A DNA stretch of 64,000 nt from Macrostomum hystrix (GCA_950097015.1 CATNEN010000001.1:7502001-7566000); one strand, 5' to 3'. Positions 1 through 8,782 are shown, numbered from the stretch's first letter. Numbers and translations: made by a program. Notes: generated by a model from the letters alone, not told the origin.

Positions 1-19
1 GTGTCTAACCCAAATTTCA

Positions 20-25
20 ATCTAA
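20..25 (+). other. Target-site duplication ATCTAA (second copy 15694-15699)
   Basis: Identical hexamer directly outside both termini. A 6-bp TSD is typical of Polinton integrases. Confidence 0.95.
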
Positions 26-716
26 AGTAGTATGCAAGAGGGGGCTTCTAGGACAAAAATAATCGCAGCCTCCATTATCCACAAACCATTACTTTTATTA
101 TTCCCGAAGAGATCAGGAAAAAAAGGGTCCCCGCCCCTCTAAAAACTCCGTCTCCATATTCTAAATTCTCTACTTTTAATATCCCACATCAGTTTGTAAG
201 TTGAATATCTAGGACAAAAAATTATCGCAGCCTCCTTATTGCACAAACCATTACCTTTCCTGAAGGAACAAGGTTCCCCCGCCAAAAAAAAAATACTTTC
301 CAGTTTCTGAACTTGGACAAAACAAATTATCGCAGCCACTCCCTAAGAGATCATGCACAAAATAGCGAAGCTGCAAAAAGCGTGCCAAGACAATCAAATT
401 AGCACTAAAATCCCATTCCCCAAACTCAAGACCCCAAACCTAGGGTGCTCATCCTCCGAAAAAAAATTATATTCTCATTAAAAATGCTCCCAATCGTCTC
501 TCCAGGATCTTATTACAAAAGTCATGAGCCTAATTACAAGAGTAAGTACCAATGCAAACGAGAATGCAGCGAGTACATGAAGAAATATTGTCCCAACGTC
601 GATATCAATGTCCCTAATATTAATCTAGCTCTCCAAAGTCACTGGTTTCATAAGTATGGAGCAATTATAAAGGACTACGACAGCTACTATAACTTTGCAG
701 AAATCATTAAGCAGCT
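26..716 (+). repeat. Left terminal inverted repeat (691 bp)
   Basis: Reverse complement of 15003-15693. Mirror ORFs 139..339(-) and 15380..15580(+) translate identically at mirror coordinates, so there are no indels. Contains internal direct repeats GGACAAAA..ATCGCAGCC at ~50, ~210 and ~315. Confidence 0.97.
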
Positions 717-720
717 ATAG
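484..720 (+). CDS. Small TIR-encoded hypothetical protein (78 aa, Tyr/Lys/Cys-rich), left copy
   Basis: ATG at 484 in the element-typical TTAAAAATG context. MLPIVSPGSYY...IIKQL*. Confidence 0.5.
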   Translation: MLPIVSPGSYYKSHEPNYKSKYQCKRECSEYMKKYCPNVDINVPNINLALQSHWFHKYGAIIKDYDSYYNFAEIIKQL

Positions 721-1014
721 AACACGCTGCATTAAAATCGATATTTTACGTACGAGCGTTTGATATTTTGCTGTGTGGCGGGTGGATGTTGAGCGGAATG
801 TGTAAGGCAGCTGTTTCTTGTCTTAGTTCACAGCGCGAGCGGTGTTGGTAGTCACTCCCAGTTGGCTCCACCCCCCCCCCCCCCCAATACGCTCAAACGT
901 GAGCTCAACGTCAGCTCTTAAAACAAACGTGAGCTCAGCCCGCCCTTTTCGCCGCCTCTTCCTAAAGTTATTTTACACTTCTCAACCGAAACCGTAATAG
1001 CTTCTACTTCATCT

Positions 1015-1680
1015 ATGGATGTCGATTGGTGTATAAACCTGTCTGGCGAAACAGTGCAACGGAGCCTATGTGAGGTCTTATCTGAGACTTTAGCAGAAAT
1101 CAAGGATCCAGTTAGAGCTGCGCAGAAACGACAAAAGATCGCCGCATTTTTCAAGCTCAACGAAGAGTCGCTGCAAATGGAAGTCCTCACTCTAACGCGG
1201 CTGCAGAAGAAGGCCGCGAGTGATCGCGTGGCGGCGCTTGATGCAGAGCGGCGAGCTAAGCGCAAAGAAGACTTCAAACAGAAGCTCCTCGCTTCACGAA
1301 TTCCCCAAGCAGATGTTGGGAAACCTGCCGATGATGAAAGCGGTGATGTGGTAGAGCGTCTGCAGTGCGCTCTGTTTCGTCTGAGAAGGTCGCAGAAGAC
1401 TGGTCTGCATCATGCGATCCAATGTGGAAAACTCTTGTTGACATTTAAAGCCAGTAATAAAAACAGCGGTAAGAAGGCACGAAAGCAGCATTTTGACTAC
1501 CTTCTTGATCAAGTAAACCTCAAGGTTTCGTCAGCAAATCTTTATATGAAGTTGTTCAAGCTGGAAAGTGAATACCCTGGTCTTAGGCAAGTCTCCCTGC
1601 CGCTTCGTGATTTGAACACCAATATGTCAATATTAGTTGAAATCCTTGAGGATGATCAGTTATGGAAGCAACTTGTTTGA
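1015..1680 (+). CDS. Hypothetical 221-aa helical/coiled-coil protein with a possible DUF3102-like helical DNA-binding region
   Basis: Long ORF with a basic coiled coil. The segment AIQCGKLLL...FDYLLDQVNLKVSSANLYMKL resembles the DUF3102 pattern (by eye). Confidence 0.65.
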   Translation: MDVDWCINLSGETVQRSLCEVLSETLAEIKDPVRAAQKRQKIAAFFKLNEESLQMEVLTLTRLQKKAASDRVAALDAERRAKRKEDFKQKLLASRIPQADVGKPADDESGDVVERLQCALFRLRRSQKTGLHHAIQCGKLLLTFKASNKNSGKKARKQHFDYLLDQVNLKVSSANLYMKLFKLESEYPGLRQVSLPLRDLNTNMSILVEILEDDQLWKQLV

Positions 1681-1695
1681 CAATAGGCGCAGAAA

Positions 1696-1831
1696 CTCTA
1701 GCCTGCTTCGGATTGGCCAGAAAAAGTTAACGCGTTGGCTTTTTTTTCCTATTGCAACTTTTTTTAGAAAGCTCTAGTATGCTTCGGATTGGCCAGAAAA
1801 TGTTAACGCGTTGGCATTTTTCCCTATTGCA
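1696..1831. repeat. Two imperfect ~60-bp direct repeats downstream of ORF 1015-1680
   Basis: CTCTAG..TGCTTCGGATTGGCCAGAAAA.GTTAACGCGTTGGC..TTTT.CCTATTGCA occurs twice. Confidence 0.85.
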
Positions 1832-2116
1832 GAACAAAAAAAAAGAGAAATAGTTGTAGTAAGTGTATTACGTAAAATATTTTTGTGGTATATTGACGCT
1901 TCCTATTAGTCAGAAAAGGCTAATATGCTATTTACCCTATTTCCTGAATAAAGTGACAGACGCAATTAAAAAATCTGCTTTCCTATATCTGAGTAGTATG
2001 CAAGCGGGGGTCACCAGAATTTTTTAAGTGACCATCTTTGATTTAAATTTTGGTAGAAGAATTTCCTCGAAAATTAAATGATGCGCTTCAACATACAAAA
2101 AAAGTGTTCAAAACAA

Positions 2117-2371
2117 TTCAAATTTATTCTTTGAAGATTCAAATTTATTCTTTGAAGATTCAAATTTATTCTTTGAAGATTCAAACGCATAATTAGGTAG
2201 CTCATTATCTTTGAATCTTCAAACGCATAATTAGGTAGCTCATTATCTTTGAATCTTCAAACGCATAATTAGGTAGCTCATTATCTTTGAATCTTCAAAC
2301 GCATAATTAGGTAGCTCATTATCTTTGAATCTTCAAACGCATAATTAGGTAGCTCATTATCTTTGAAGATT
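2117..2371. repeat. Tandem hairpin arrays: 3 x 21 bp followed by 5 x 38 bp
   Basis: Units TTCAAATTTATTCTTTGAAGA and TCAAACGCATAATTAGGTAGCTCATTATCTTTGAATCT. Each is bounded by TTCAAA...TTTGAA inverted ends. Confidence 0.92.
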
Positions 2372-2398
2372 CCAATACGAGTATTCTTAAGCAACAAG

Positions 2399-2480
2399 AA
2401 AAATCGGATTCGAACCACAGGCTAAAAGTTTGCAACTGCATGCCAACCACACGCCATACCAACTATGCCAGCGAGCGATC
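2399..2480 (-). ncRNA. Candidate RNA polymerase III (type 2 promoter) small RNA, tRNA-derived or VA-RNA-like
   Basis: Minus strand: A box TGGCATAGTTGG (2470-2459), B box GGTTCGAATCC (2416-2406), TTTTT (2403-2399). No acceptor stem, so not a canonical tRNA. Confidence 0.55.
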
Positions 2481-2506
2481 TCTAGCCAGTACGATGGAAC
2501 TCCTAT

Positions 2507-2965
2507 TTAGCCTGCAAATGTGTGTTCTGCTCTCTCAACCCCCAGCTCTTTCAGCAGTCTTCCCAGTTCTTTACTTGGCGCATGCAATACAAAGCCCACC
2601 CCACCAATCCCCAACCCCAACTTTGTCTTACCAAAAATAACAGCTTTAACTAGTTTCCGAGCGATCGATTCCCTCCACCCGCTTGAAGTCCCCATATTGT
2701 CTAGCTTTCTAAGCATTTCTTTGTCCCAGCGAGTCTTCTCCTCTGGAAAATCCCTATACTTAATATCATGCCACATACAGACAGAGTCTAGCTCGTTCAC
2801 AGGCTCATGCCCAGGATTTGGATTATTGTTTTTATCTAGCTGTATTTCAAGCGGATTCAAAGGCCCACAATATTTGTAGCCGGGAATTGTCCAGCCTTTG
2901 TTTGGATGAGGAAGCTTTTCTACCAGTCCATGTGAGTCTAAGTTTCCACCAGAGCGTTGCATCAT
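2507..2965 (-). CDS. Parvovirus VP1u-type phospholipase A2 protein
   Basis: PGYKYCGPLN calcium loop and PVNELDSVCMWHDIKY with the catalytic HD. C-terminal KLGLG motif. Confidence 0.92.
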   Translation of the reverse strand: MMQRSGGNLDSHGLVEKLPHPNKGWTIPGYKYCGPLNPLEIQLDKNNNPNPGHEPVNELDSVCMWHDIKYRDFPEEKTRWDKEMLRKLDNMGTSSGWRESIARKLVKAVIFGKTKLGLGIGGVGFVLHAPSKELGRLLKELGVERAEHTFAG

Positions 2966-2991
2966 TTTTATAAAAAATTAAATAAAAAATA

Positions 2992-3981
2992 ATGGCAGAT
3001 CAGAAACTTCAAAAGCTCTACTACAGTGACAAAGGATTCTTTGTAGGAAAAAATGCAGTCACCAAACTCGCGGAACTAAGTAATGAATCAAAACAAACAG
3101 TTGAAAGATGGCTCTCTAAGCAAGCAGTTTACCAAGTCTATTTCCCACCTGTTAAATTTACAAGACCTCACTTTAACATCTATAAACCTAATGAAGCGCA
3201 CCAAGCAGATCTTCTGTTTCTCCCCAATGACTCAGGCTACAAGTATGCGCTCACTGTTATAGACATTGCCTCCAGATATAAGGAAGCGAGACCGCTTAAG
3301 ACTAAGAAGTCAGAAGCAGTTGCAGCTGCCCTCCAAGACATTTACAAAAACTCTCCGCTCACATACCCCCAAACCTTTATGACTGATCCTGGCAAAGAAT
3401 TCATGGGGGCAGTCAAATCCCTTATGGAAAAGAACAATACGAAAATGCGCTACGGAAGAACTGAGCTCCATAGAGACCAGGCTTTTGTTGAAAGATTCAA
3501 TCTAACTCTAGCAAAGAGACTTTTCACAAAGCAGACAGCTGAAGAGCTGAAACTAAAAAGTGGCCAATACTATACCAAGTGGACAGAAAGACTCCCCGCA
3601 GTAATAAGTCAACTGAACAATGAAGTATCTCGAATGACAAACCTGAAACCAAATACTGCCATCAAACAAGACACAGTTAAATCAAAACATCCAATCGCCA
3701 ATTTCAACTATCCAAAGCTCCCTGGCGTTTATTCTCCGGAAATTCTTACTAACTCTGAATTCGTTCGCTTCCTTTACTTACCAGGAGAGCTGGAGAAGGA
3801 CACAAAGAGAAGAGCAACAGACCCATACTTTAGTCTTGATGTACATAAGATAAACAGGCATTTCACATCAGCATCCGGTGATTACTATTTTCTATCCCAA
3901 GACTTTAATTCAAAATCCCCCACACGATCATTCACAAGGGCTGAGCTTCTAGTGATTCCACATGACACAGAAATAAATTAA
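2992..3981 (+). CDS. Retroviral-type (rve/c-int) DDE integrase
   Basis: HQADL (D), YKYALTVIDIASRY, TDPGKEF (D), VERFNLTL (E). Confidence 0.96.
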   Translation: MADQKLQKLYYSDKGFFVGKNAVTKLAELSNESKQTVERWLSKQAVYQVYFPPVKFTRPHFNIYKPNEAHQADLLFLPNDSGYKYALTVIDIASRYKEARPLKTKKSEAVAAALQDIYKNSPLTYPQTFMTDPGKEFMGAVKSLMEKNNTKMRYGRTELHRDQAFVERFNLTLAKRLFTKQTAEELKLKSGQYYTKWTERLPAVISQLNNEVSRMTNLKPNTAIKQDTVKSKHPIANFNYPKLPGVYSPEILTNSEFVRFLYLPGELEKDTKRRATDPYFSLDVHKINRHFTSASGDYYFLSQDFNSKSPTRSFTRAELLVIPHDTEIN

Positions 3982-3997
3982 TTTTTTTTTAAATAAA

Positions 3998-4429
3998 ATG
4001 ATTGAAACCAGAACCGTGAATAAAATCAGCAGAATTATCGACTCTAAGAAGCCAGGCGTTGTATCAATTAAAGGTGTCAAAGTCAAAGTAGATCCAATCC
4101 AGCAAATGATCCATTGTAACAATCAAACGCACAATATCACTGATGAGAAGACAGGCGGGATTCTTCCTTTGCTAACTCTTATCCCCATCATCGCAGGTGC
4201 TCTTGGTGCTGCAGGAGGTGTAGCCGGCGGAGTTGCATCAGCTGTGAAGGCTGGCAATGACAGAGCACATCAACAAGAGATGGAGAAAATCGCTAGAGAA
4301 AAAGGAGTCAGAATCGGGGGTAGTTGTGAATCTGATGATGGATCAGCTGATGAATCAGTCAGCAAATCAGAAATCGTTAAAGCCATCATGACACTGCATA
4401 AAGCAGGATTTACAATACTCCGGATGTGA
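3998..4429 (+). CDS. Adenovirus protein X (mu precursor)-like core/membrane-active protein
   Basis: KTGG|ILPLLTLIPIIAGALGAAGGVA closely follows the adenovirus pX C-terminal hydrophobic segment (GG|ILPLLIPLIAAAIGA), after a di-Gly cleavage site. Confidence 0.8.
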   Translation: MIETRTVNKISRIIDSKKPGVVSIKGVKVKVDPIQQMIHCNNQTHNITDEKTGGILPLLTLIPIIAGALGAAGGVAGGVASAVKAGNDRAHQQEMEKIAREKGVRIGGSCESDDGSADESVSKSEIVKAIMTLHKAGFTILRM

Positions 4430-4553
4430 AAACAGAACAGAACAGAATCTGCTCTCATAACTATATTTAGCACTGTTGGTAGTAGTATGCCATACTTTAC
4501 ACTTAACTTGAGGGTGACCACCCTAAATTTTTTTTATAAAATTTTCATTAAAA

Positions 4554-7500
4554 ATGCCTAAAGCAAATCCAGAAAAAAAATTTGTCGAATCTTTCTTTCA
4601 AAATAATTGTCCTCAAGCTCAATCGTTTCAACAAAAAAGTCAAGTCCTGCAAGAGTTTTGCAGGCAGAAATTCCATCAAGATCCAGGCTACCTCGGGAGC
4701 TATGCAATACAGCAAGAAATTATTAATCAGCTTCTGCATTCAGAGCAGTACACACCAGTGAAGAAGCCGGCGACTGAACACCAACAAAAGAGCCGCAGCT
4801 TAGTCAATAAGTATGAGACACTCACAGGTCAAAATGTGTCGAAATACCCACAGAATAAGCAAGAGCAAGAAGATCTAGAACGTACAATCCACCAGGTTGA
4901 AGCAGAGCTACAAGCAGAAACTGAAGACCTTAAATTTGCACAGAGAAAATTCACAGAGCATTATATTGAGTATACAATCCAGGAAGACACCACAAATTCC
5001 CAATCCGACATTTACGACTTCAAAGACAGAATTCAATCAGTAATTGATCACACACTGAAGTCACGTAAGACCTTCAAGCTTCAGTTATCATTCAAGATTG
5101 AATTTTACATGCCTGCAAAACCCACTGAGCGTCTTGAATACTACATGACTACTAAAGCTCTACCCTTTACTCCCACTGACACACAGGATCCTTTTCTTCA
5201 AGAGATCAGTAAAAAGATTGACGCCTTTACTTCCAGAGGATCAGGTTGGGTTGTCAATGGCATTCAAAAAGCTACAGTAATGATCATGAAATATGACCCT
5301 CTCAAAGCTTCATCATATATTGAGCTCCCGAAAAAGCTAGCGAGTAAAAAAGCTTGCATCAATGTGCAAAATCCTGACCAATGCTGCGCACTATGGGCCG
5401 TTCTGTCTGCAATATTGTATGACAAGGATCGAGCCCACCCAGAGAGAACTTCTCATTATCAAGGTTTGTTCCAGCATAATCATCTCATCTGCCAAGCTAA
5501 AGGAATTTCCTTCAATAGAGGCGGCTTGGCAATCGATCAAATCCCAAAGCTAGAGGAAGTATTTAACAATAAAATCAGAATCACAGTCTTTGAATGGAAT
5601 GAGAAGAGCGAAAAAGTACAATTAGTCAGAGCCAGTAAAAACACGCTAGATCCTGAAGGTAGGCGTCGCATAGATGTCGATCTTCTAATCATAGGTGATT
5701 TGCGAGAAAATGCCCACTACGTTTGGATTAAAGATCTTTCCAGGCTCCTCCACAAGCAAATGAACAATCATCATGAATCGGTAGCAATCTGCCGTCTTTG
5801 TCTGAAGCATTATAGTGGACCCGATCGTGATGAAAAACTTAAAGAGCATGAACTGACCTGTGAAGATCATCCAACCAACTGCACACTTCCAACGGATAAG
5901 CATCTCAGATTTAAGAGTTATCACAAGATGGAGAAGCTCCCGTTTATAGTGTATGCCGACTTCGAATGTACTATAAACCCTGAAACCAATAAGCATGTCC
6001 CAAATTCTGTTGCGTATCTCTTTATTGGAAGAGACTCTTTTATTGACTCAAAGTATTTCTTAGGTGACCAGTGTGTTGAACAATTCATTTACTCGATGAT
6101 GGAATTACAGAAAAATGTTGCTGCCATTCAGCCTGTTCCGATAACTATGTCCGATCAAGATGAAATCGACTTCGGATCTGCAACTCATTGTCACATTTGC
6201 CGAAAGCTATTAACACCCTGCGACGTCAAAAACCACACAGTCAGAGATCACGATCACTTCACAGGAAAATTTAGAGGGGCAGCTCATAACACCTGTAATC
6301 TGAAACTTCAGAAAAACATCCGCGACCTTACCATTTTCTTCCATAACGGAAGGGGATATGATTATCACTTATTGGTTGAGAAGCTGGGTATGATACCAGG
6401 CATTAAACTAGATTGCATCGCAGAGAACAAAGAAAAGTTTAAGTGCATTGATATTAAGCGAGATTCAGGCAAGATTAAGATCAAAGATTCATTCCAGTTT
6501 CTGGCCGCAAGTCTCGATGCTTTGAGTAAAAATCTCACCGATGACCAATGTACTTATACCAAGATGCTGGCAGATTCCCTCAATCCTAGAACCCCAGATT
6601 CATTTAAGCTTCTTAGAAAGAAAGGTGTCTACCCTTATGAATGTAATCACGTCTTTGCAGAACCACTACCACCCAAGGACAAGTTCTTTTCAAAGCTAAC
6701 AAACTCTGGGATTTCTGATGAAGATTATGAGCATGCTCAGACTGTTTACAAACATTTTAACTGTCGAAACTTTCTTGATTATCACATGCTTTACCTTTGG
6801 ACTGATGTCTTTCTTCTAGCTGATGTATTTGAAACCTTTAGAAAGACCTGGTACTCTGCTTATGGTCTCGACCCCGCTCATTATGTGTCTTTGCCTGCTA
6901 CCAGTTGGGAATCATTGCTTAAAATGAAATGGGATCAAAATCCCAACTGGTACATCGAGCTGCTTACAGACATAGACATGTACAACTTTATAGATTCATC
7001 TAAGAGAGGTGGCATCTCTATTTGTGTCCATAGGTATGCAAAGGCGAACAATCCGTATCTAGAAGACTATGATAAAGAAAAGCCTTCAAACTACATCATT
7101 TATCTGGATGCCAACAACCTCTATGGTTGGGCTATGAGCCAAGATTTACCTGTTAGAGATTTTAGGTGGCTAGATACTTATAAACGCGACTTTTCAATAC
7201 CTGCGATCTATGAAGTTGATGTTGAAATCCCTAGGGAACTTCACGACAATTTTTCTGACTTTGCCCCCTTCCCTGAGAACATTAACTGTCCAAAGATAAT
7301 CCAGTACAATGATGGAAGCTGGCAGCTATCTGAAAAAGAAAAAGAGCGTGTGAAAAAGTTAACACAAAATCTCATGAACAAGACACGCTACATCATTCAT
7401 TACAAACTGTTGCAGTATTTTATCTCCCTAGGCTGTAGGGTCACGAAAGTTCACAGGGCTCTCGCATTCACAGAAGAAGCGTGGATGAAGCCATACATAG

Positions 7501-8354
7501 AAAAAAACACCCAGTTTAGAACTAAAGCAACAAACAGCTTTGACAAGGACCTGTTCAAGCTTGCAAACAACTCTGTCTATGGCAAGACCCTAGAAAACGA
7601 ACGCAACCGCACGAACCTGAAGCTCGTTACCTGTTATGAGCCTGGTACTATTCAGACAAGTTTATCAAAGCCCACTTTCAAAGAGCTTCATATCTTTAAT
7701 GATTACTTGGGTGCCATACTGTTCTATAAGACTAAAGTTACCCTATGCAAGCCCATATTTACAGGTGTGACTGTACTTGACGAATCGAAGCGCCTGATGT
7801 ATAAATTCTTCTATGACATGAAGCGACAATACGGCGAACAAGTGAAACTTCTATATACTGACACAGACTCCCTAATTCTAAACATACAGACTGAGGATGT
7901 CTATCAGGACATGTTGAATCAAAAACATCTGTATGACCTATCCGAATATCCAGAGTCCTTCAAGACTTTGAAAGGTGATCAAGTACGCGACACTGGAAAT
8001 CAAAAAGTTGTAGGAAAAATGAAGGATGAAACGGCTGGCACCCTCATTACAGAGTTTATCGGTTTGAGGGCAAAGTCCTATTTTGTAAAAAGTTGTAAGT
8101 CTACCATTAAAAAATCAAAAGGAATCCCAAAACATGTTGTTAAAAACGATCTCCATGAAGCTTCATACAAGGACGCATTGATCAATAATAAAAACACCAC
8201 CCATGAATTTATGAAACTGCAGTCTAAGAACCACAACATTCACACAATTCAACAGAAGAAGATAGGCCTCTCAGGTGCCGATAACAAACGACATATCTTT
8301 GATGACAACATTACCAGCCTACCATTTGGACACTATAGATTAAATAATTTGTAA
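4554..8354 (+). CDS. Protein-primed family B DNA polymerase with N-terminal terminal-protein/OTU-like region, zinc finger and endonuclease VII-like insertion
   Basis: ExoI VYADFEC, ExoII FHNGRGYDYH, ExoIII YLWTDV, motif A YLDANNLYG, motif B KLANNSVYGK, motif C YTDTDS. Also CHIC...RDHDHFTGKFRGAAHNTCN and DQCCALWAV...HYVWI. Confidence 0.98.
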   Translation: MPKANPEKKFVESFFQNNCPQAQSFQQKSQVLQEFCRQKFHQDPGYLGSYAIQQEIINQLLHSEQYTPVKKPATEHQQKSRSLVNKYETLTGQNVSKYPQNKQEQEDLERTIHQVEAELQAETEDLKFAQRKFTEHYIEYTIQEDTTNSQSDIYDFKDRIQSVIDHTLKSRKTFKLQLSFKIEFYMPAKPTERLEYYMTTKALPFTPTDTQDPFLQEISKKIDAFTSRGSGWVVNGIQKATVMIMKYDPLKASSYIELPKKLASKKACINVQNPDQCCALWAVLSAILYDKDRAHPERTSHYQGLFQHNHLICQAKGISFNRGGLAIDQIPKLEEVFNNKIRITVFEWNEKSEKVQLVRASKNTLDPEGRRRIDVDLLIIGDLRENAHYVWIKDLSRLLHKQMNNHHESVAICRLCLKHYSGPDRDEKLKEHELTCEDHPTNCTLPTDKHLRFKSYHKMEKLPFIVYADFECTINPETNKHVPNSVAYLFIGRDSFIDSKYFLGDQCVEQFIYSMMELQKNVAAIQPVPITMSDQDEIDFGSATHCHICRKLLTPCDVKNHTVRDHDHFTGKFRGAAHNTCNLKLQKNIRDLTIFFHNGRGYDYHLLVEKLGMIPGIKLDCIAENKEKFKCIDIKRDSGKIKIKDSFQFLAASLDALSKNLTDDQCTYTKMLADSLNPRTPDSFKLLRKKGVYPYECNHVFAEPLPPKDKFFSKLTNSGISDEDYEHAQTVYKHFNCRNFLDYHMLYLWTDVFLLADVFETFRKTWYSAYGLDPAHYVSLPATSWESLLKMKWDQNPNWYIELLTDIDMYNFIDSSKRGGISICVHRYAKANNPYLEDYDKEKPSNYIIYLDANNLYGWAMSQDLPVRDFRWLDTYKRDFSIPAIYEVDVEIPRELHDNFSDFAPFPENINCPKIIQYNDGSWQLSEKEKERVKKLTQNLMNKTRYIIHYKLLQYFISLGCRVTKVHRALAFTEEAWMKPYIEKNTQFRTKATNSFDKDLFKLANNSVYGKTLENERNRTNLKLVTCYEPGTIQTSLSKPTFKELHIFNDYLGAILFYKTKVTLCKPIFTGVTVLDESKRLMYKFFYDMKRQYGEQVKLLYTDTDSLILNIQTEDVYQDMLNQKHLYDLSEYPESFKTLKGDQVRDTGNQKVVGKMKDETAGTLITEFIGLRAKSYFVKSCKSTIKKSKGIPKHVVKNDLHEASYKDALINNKNTTHEFMKLQSKNHNIHTIQQKKIGLSGADNKRHIFDDNITSLPFGHYRLNNL

Positions 8355-8383
8355 CAAAATTTGTTACAAAAATTTGTAAAAAA

Positions 8384-8782
8384 ATGACAACCAATATTTA
8401 TTTAGAAGAGCTAGCTCAGCAATTAAAAATCCCAAACTTCAGAGGCGTCTTTATGAAGGATACACTGCCAGAAACCCCACTAGAAAAAGAATGTGGAATC
8501 ATGAACTTTGACCCTGCAGAAAAGCCAGGTTCTCATTGGGTTTGTTGGGTAATTGATCCGAACCGTAAACACAAGTACTATTACTTTGATAGCTATGGAA
8601 CTGCTGTACCCGAACAACTGAGAAATTATATGACTCATATGAGACATAAAATATACCGCTCAGATTTTATACTCCAGGGTATTAACAGTGATATTTGTGG
8701 TGAGCTATGTATGACTGTTTTGTATGCAATGACCCACACCCGAAAGAGTTACAAAGAAATCATTTTAGGGATGAAAAAATAA
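8384..8782 (+). CDS. Adenain-like maturation cysteine protease
   Basis: GSHWVC (His), YFDSYG (Asp), LQGINSDICGELC (Gln, Cys). Confidence 0.95.
   Translation: MTTNIYLEELAQQLKIPNFRGVFMKDTLPETPLEKECGIMNFDPAEKPGSHWVCWVIDPNRKHKYYYFDSYGTAVPEQLRNYMTHMRHKIYRSDFILQGINSDICGELCMTVLYAMTHTRKSYKEIILGMKK

Noticed and set aside
139-339. 66-aa ORF in the TIR (mirror 15380-15580)
   Set aside because: GTG start; translates the subterminal repeats; no coding signal.
2117-2371. Possible CRISPR array in the Polinton
   Set aside because: Palindromic repeats are present but the intervening sequences are identical, not unique spacers.
2399-2480. Canonical tRNA gene
   Set aside because: No acceptor stem and only a 2-bp T stem; kept as a Pol III unit candidate instead.
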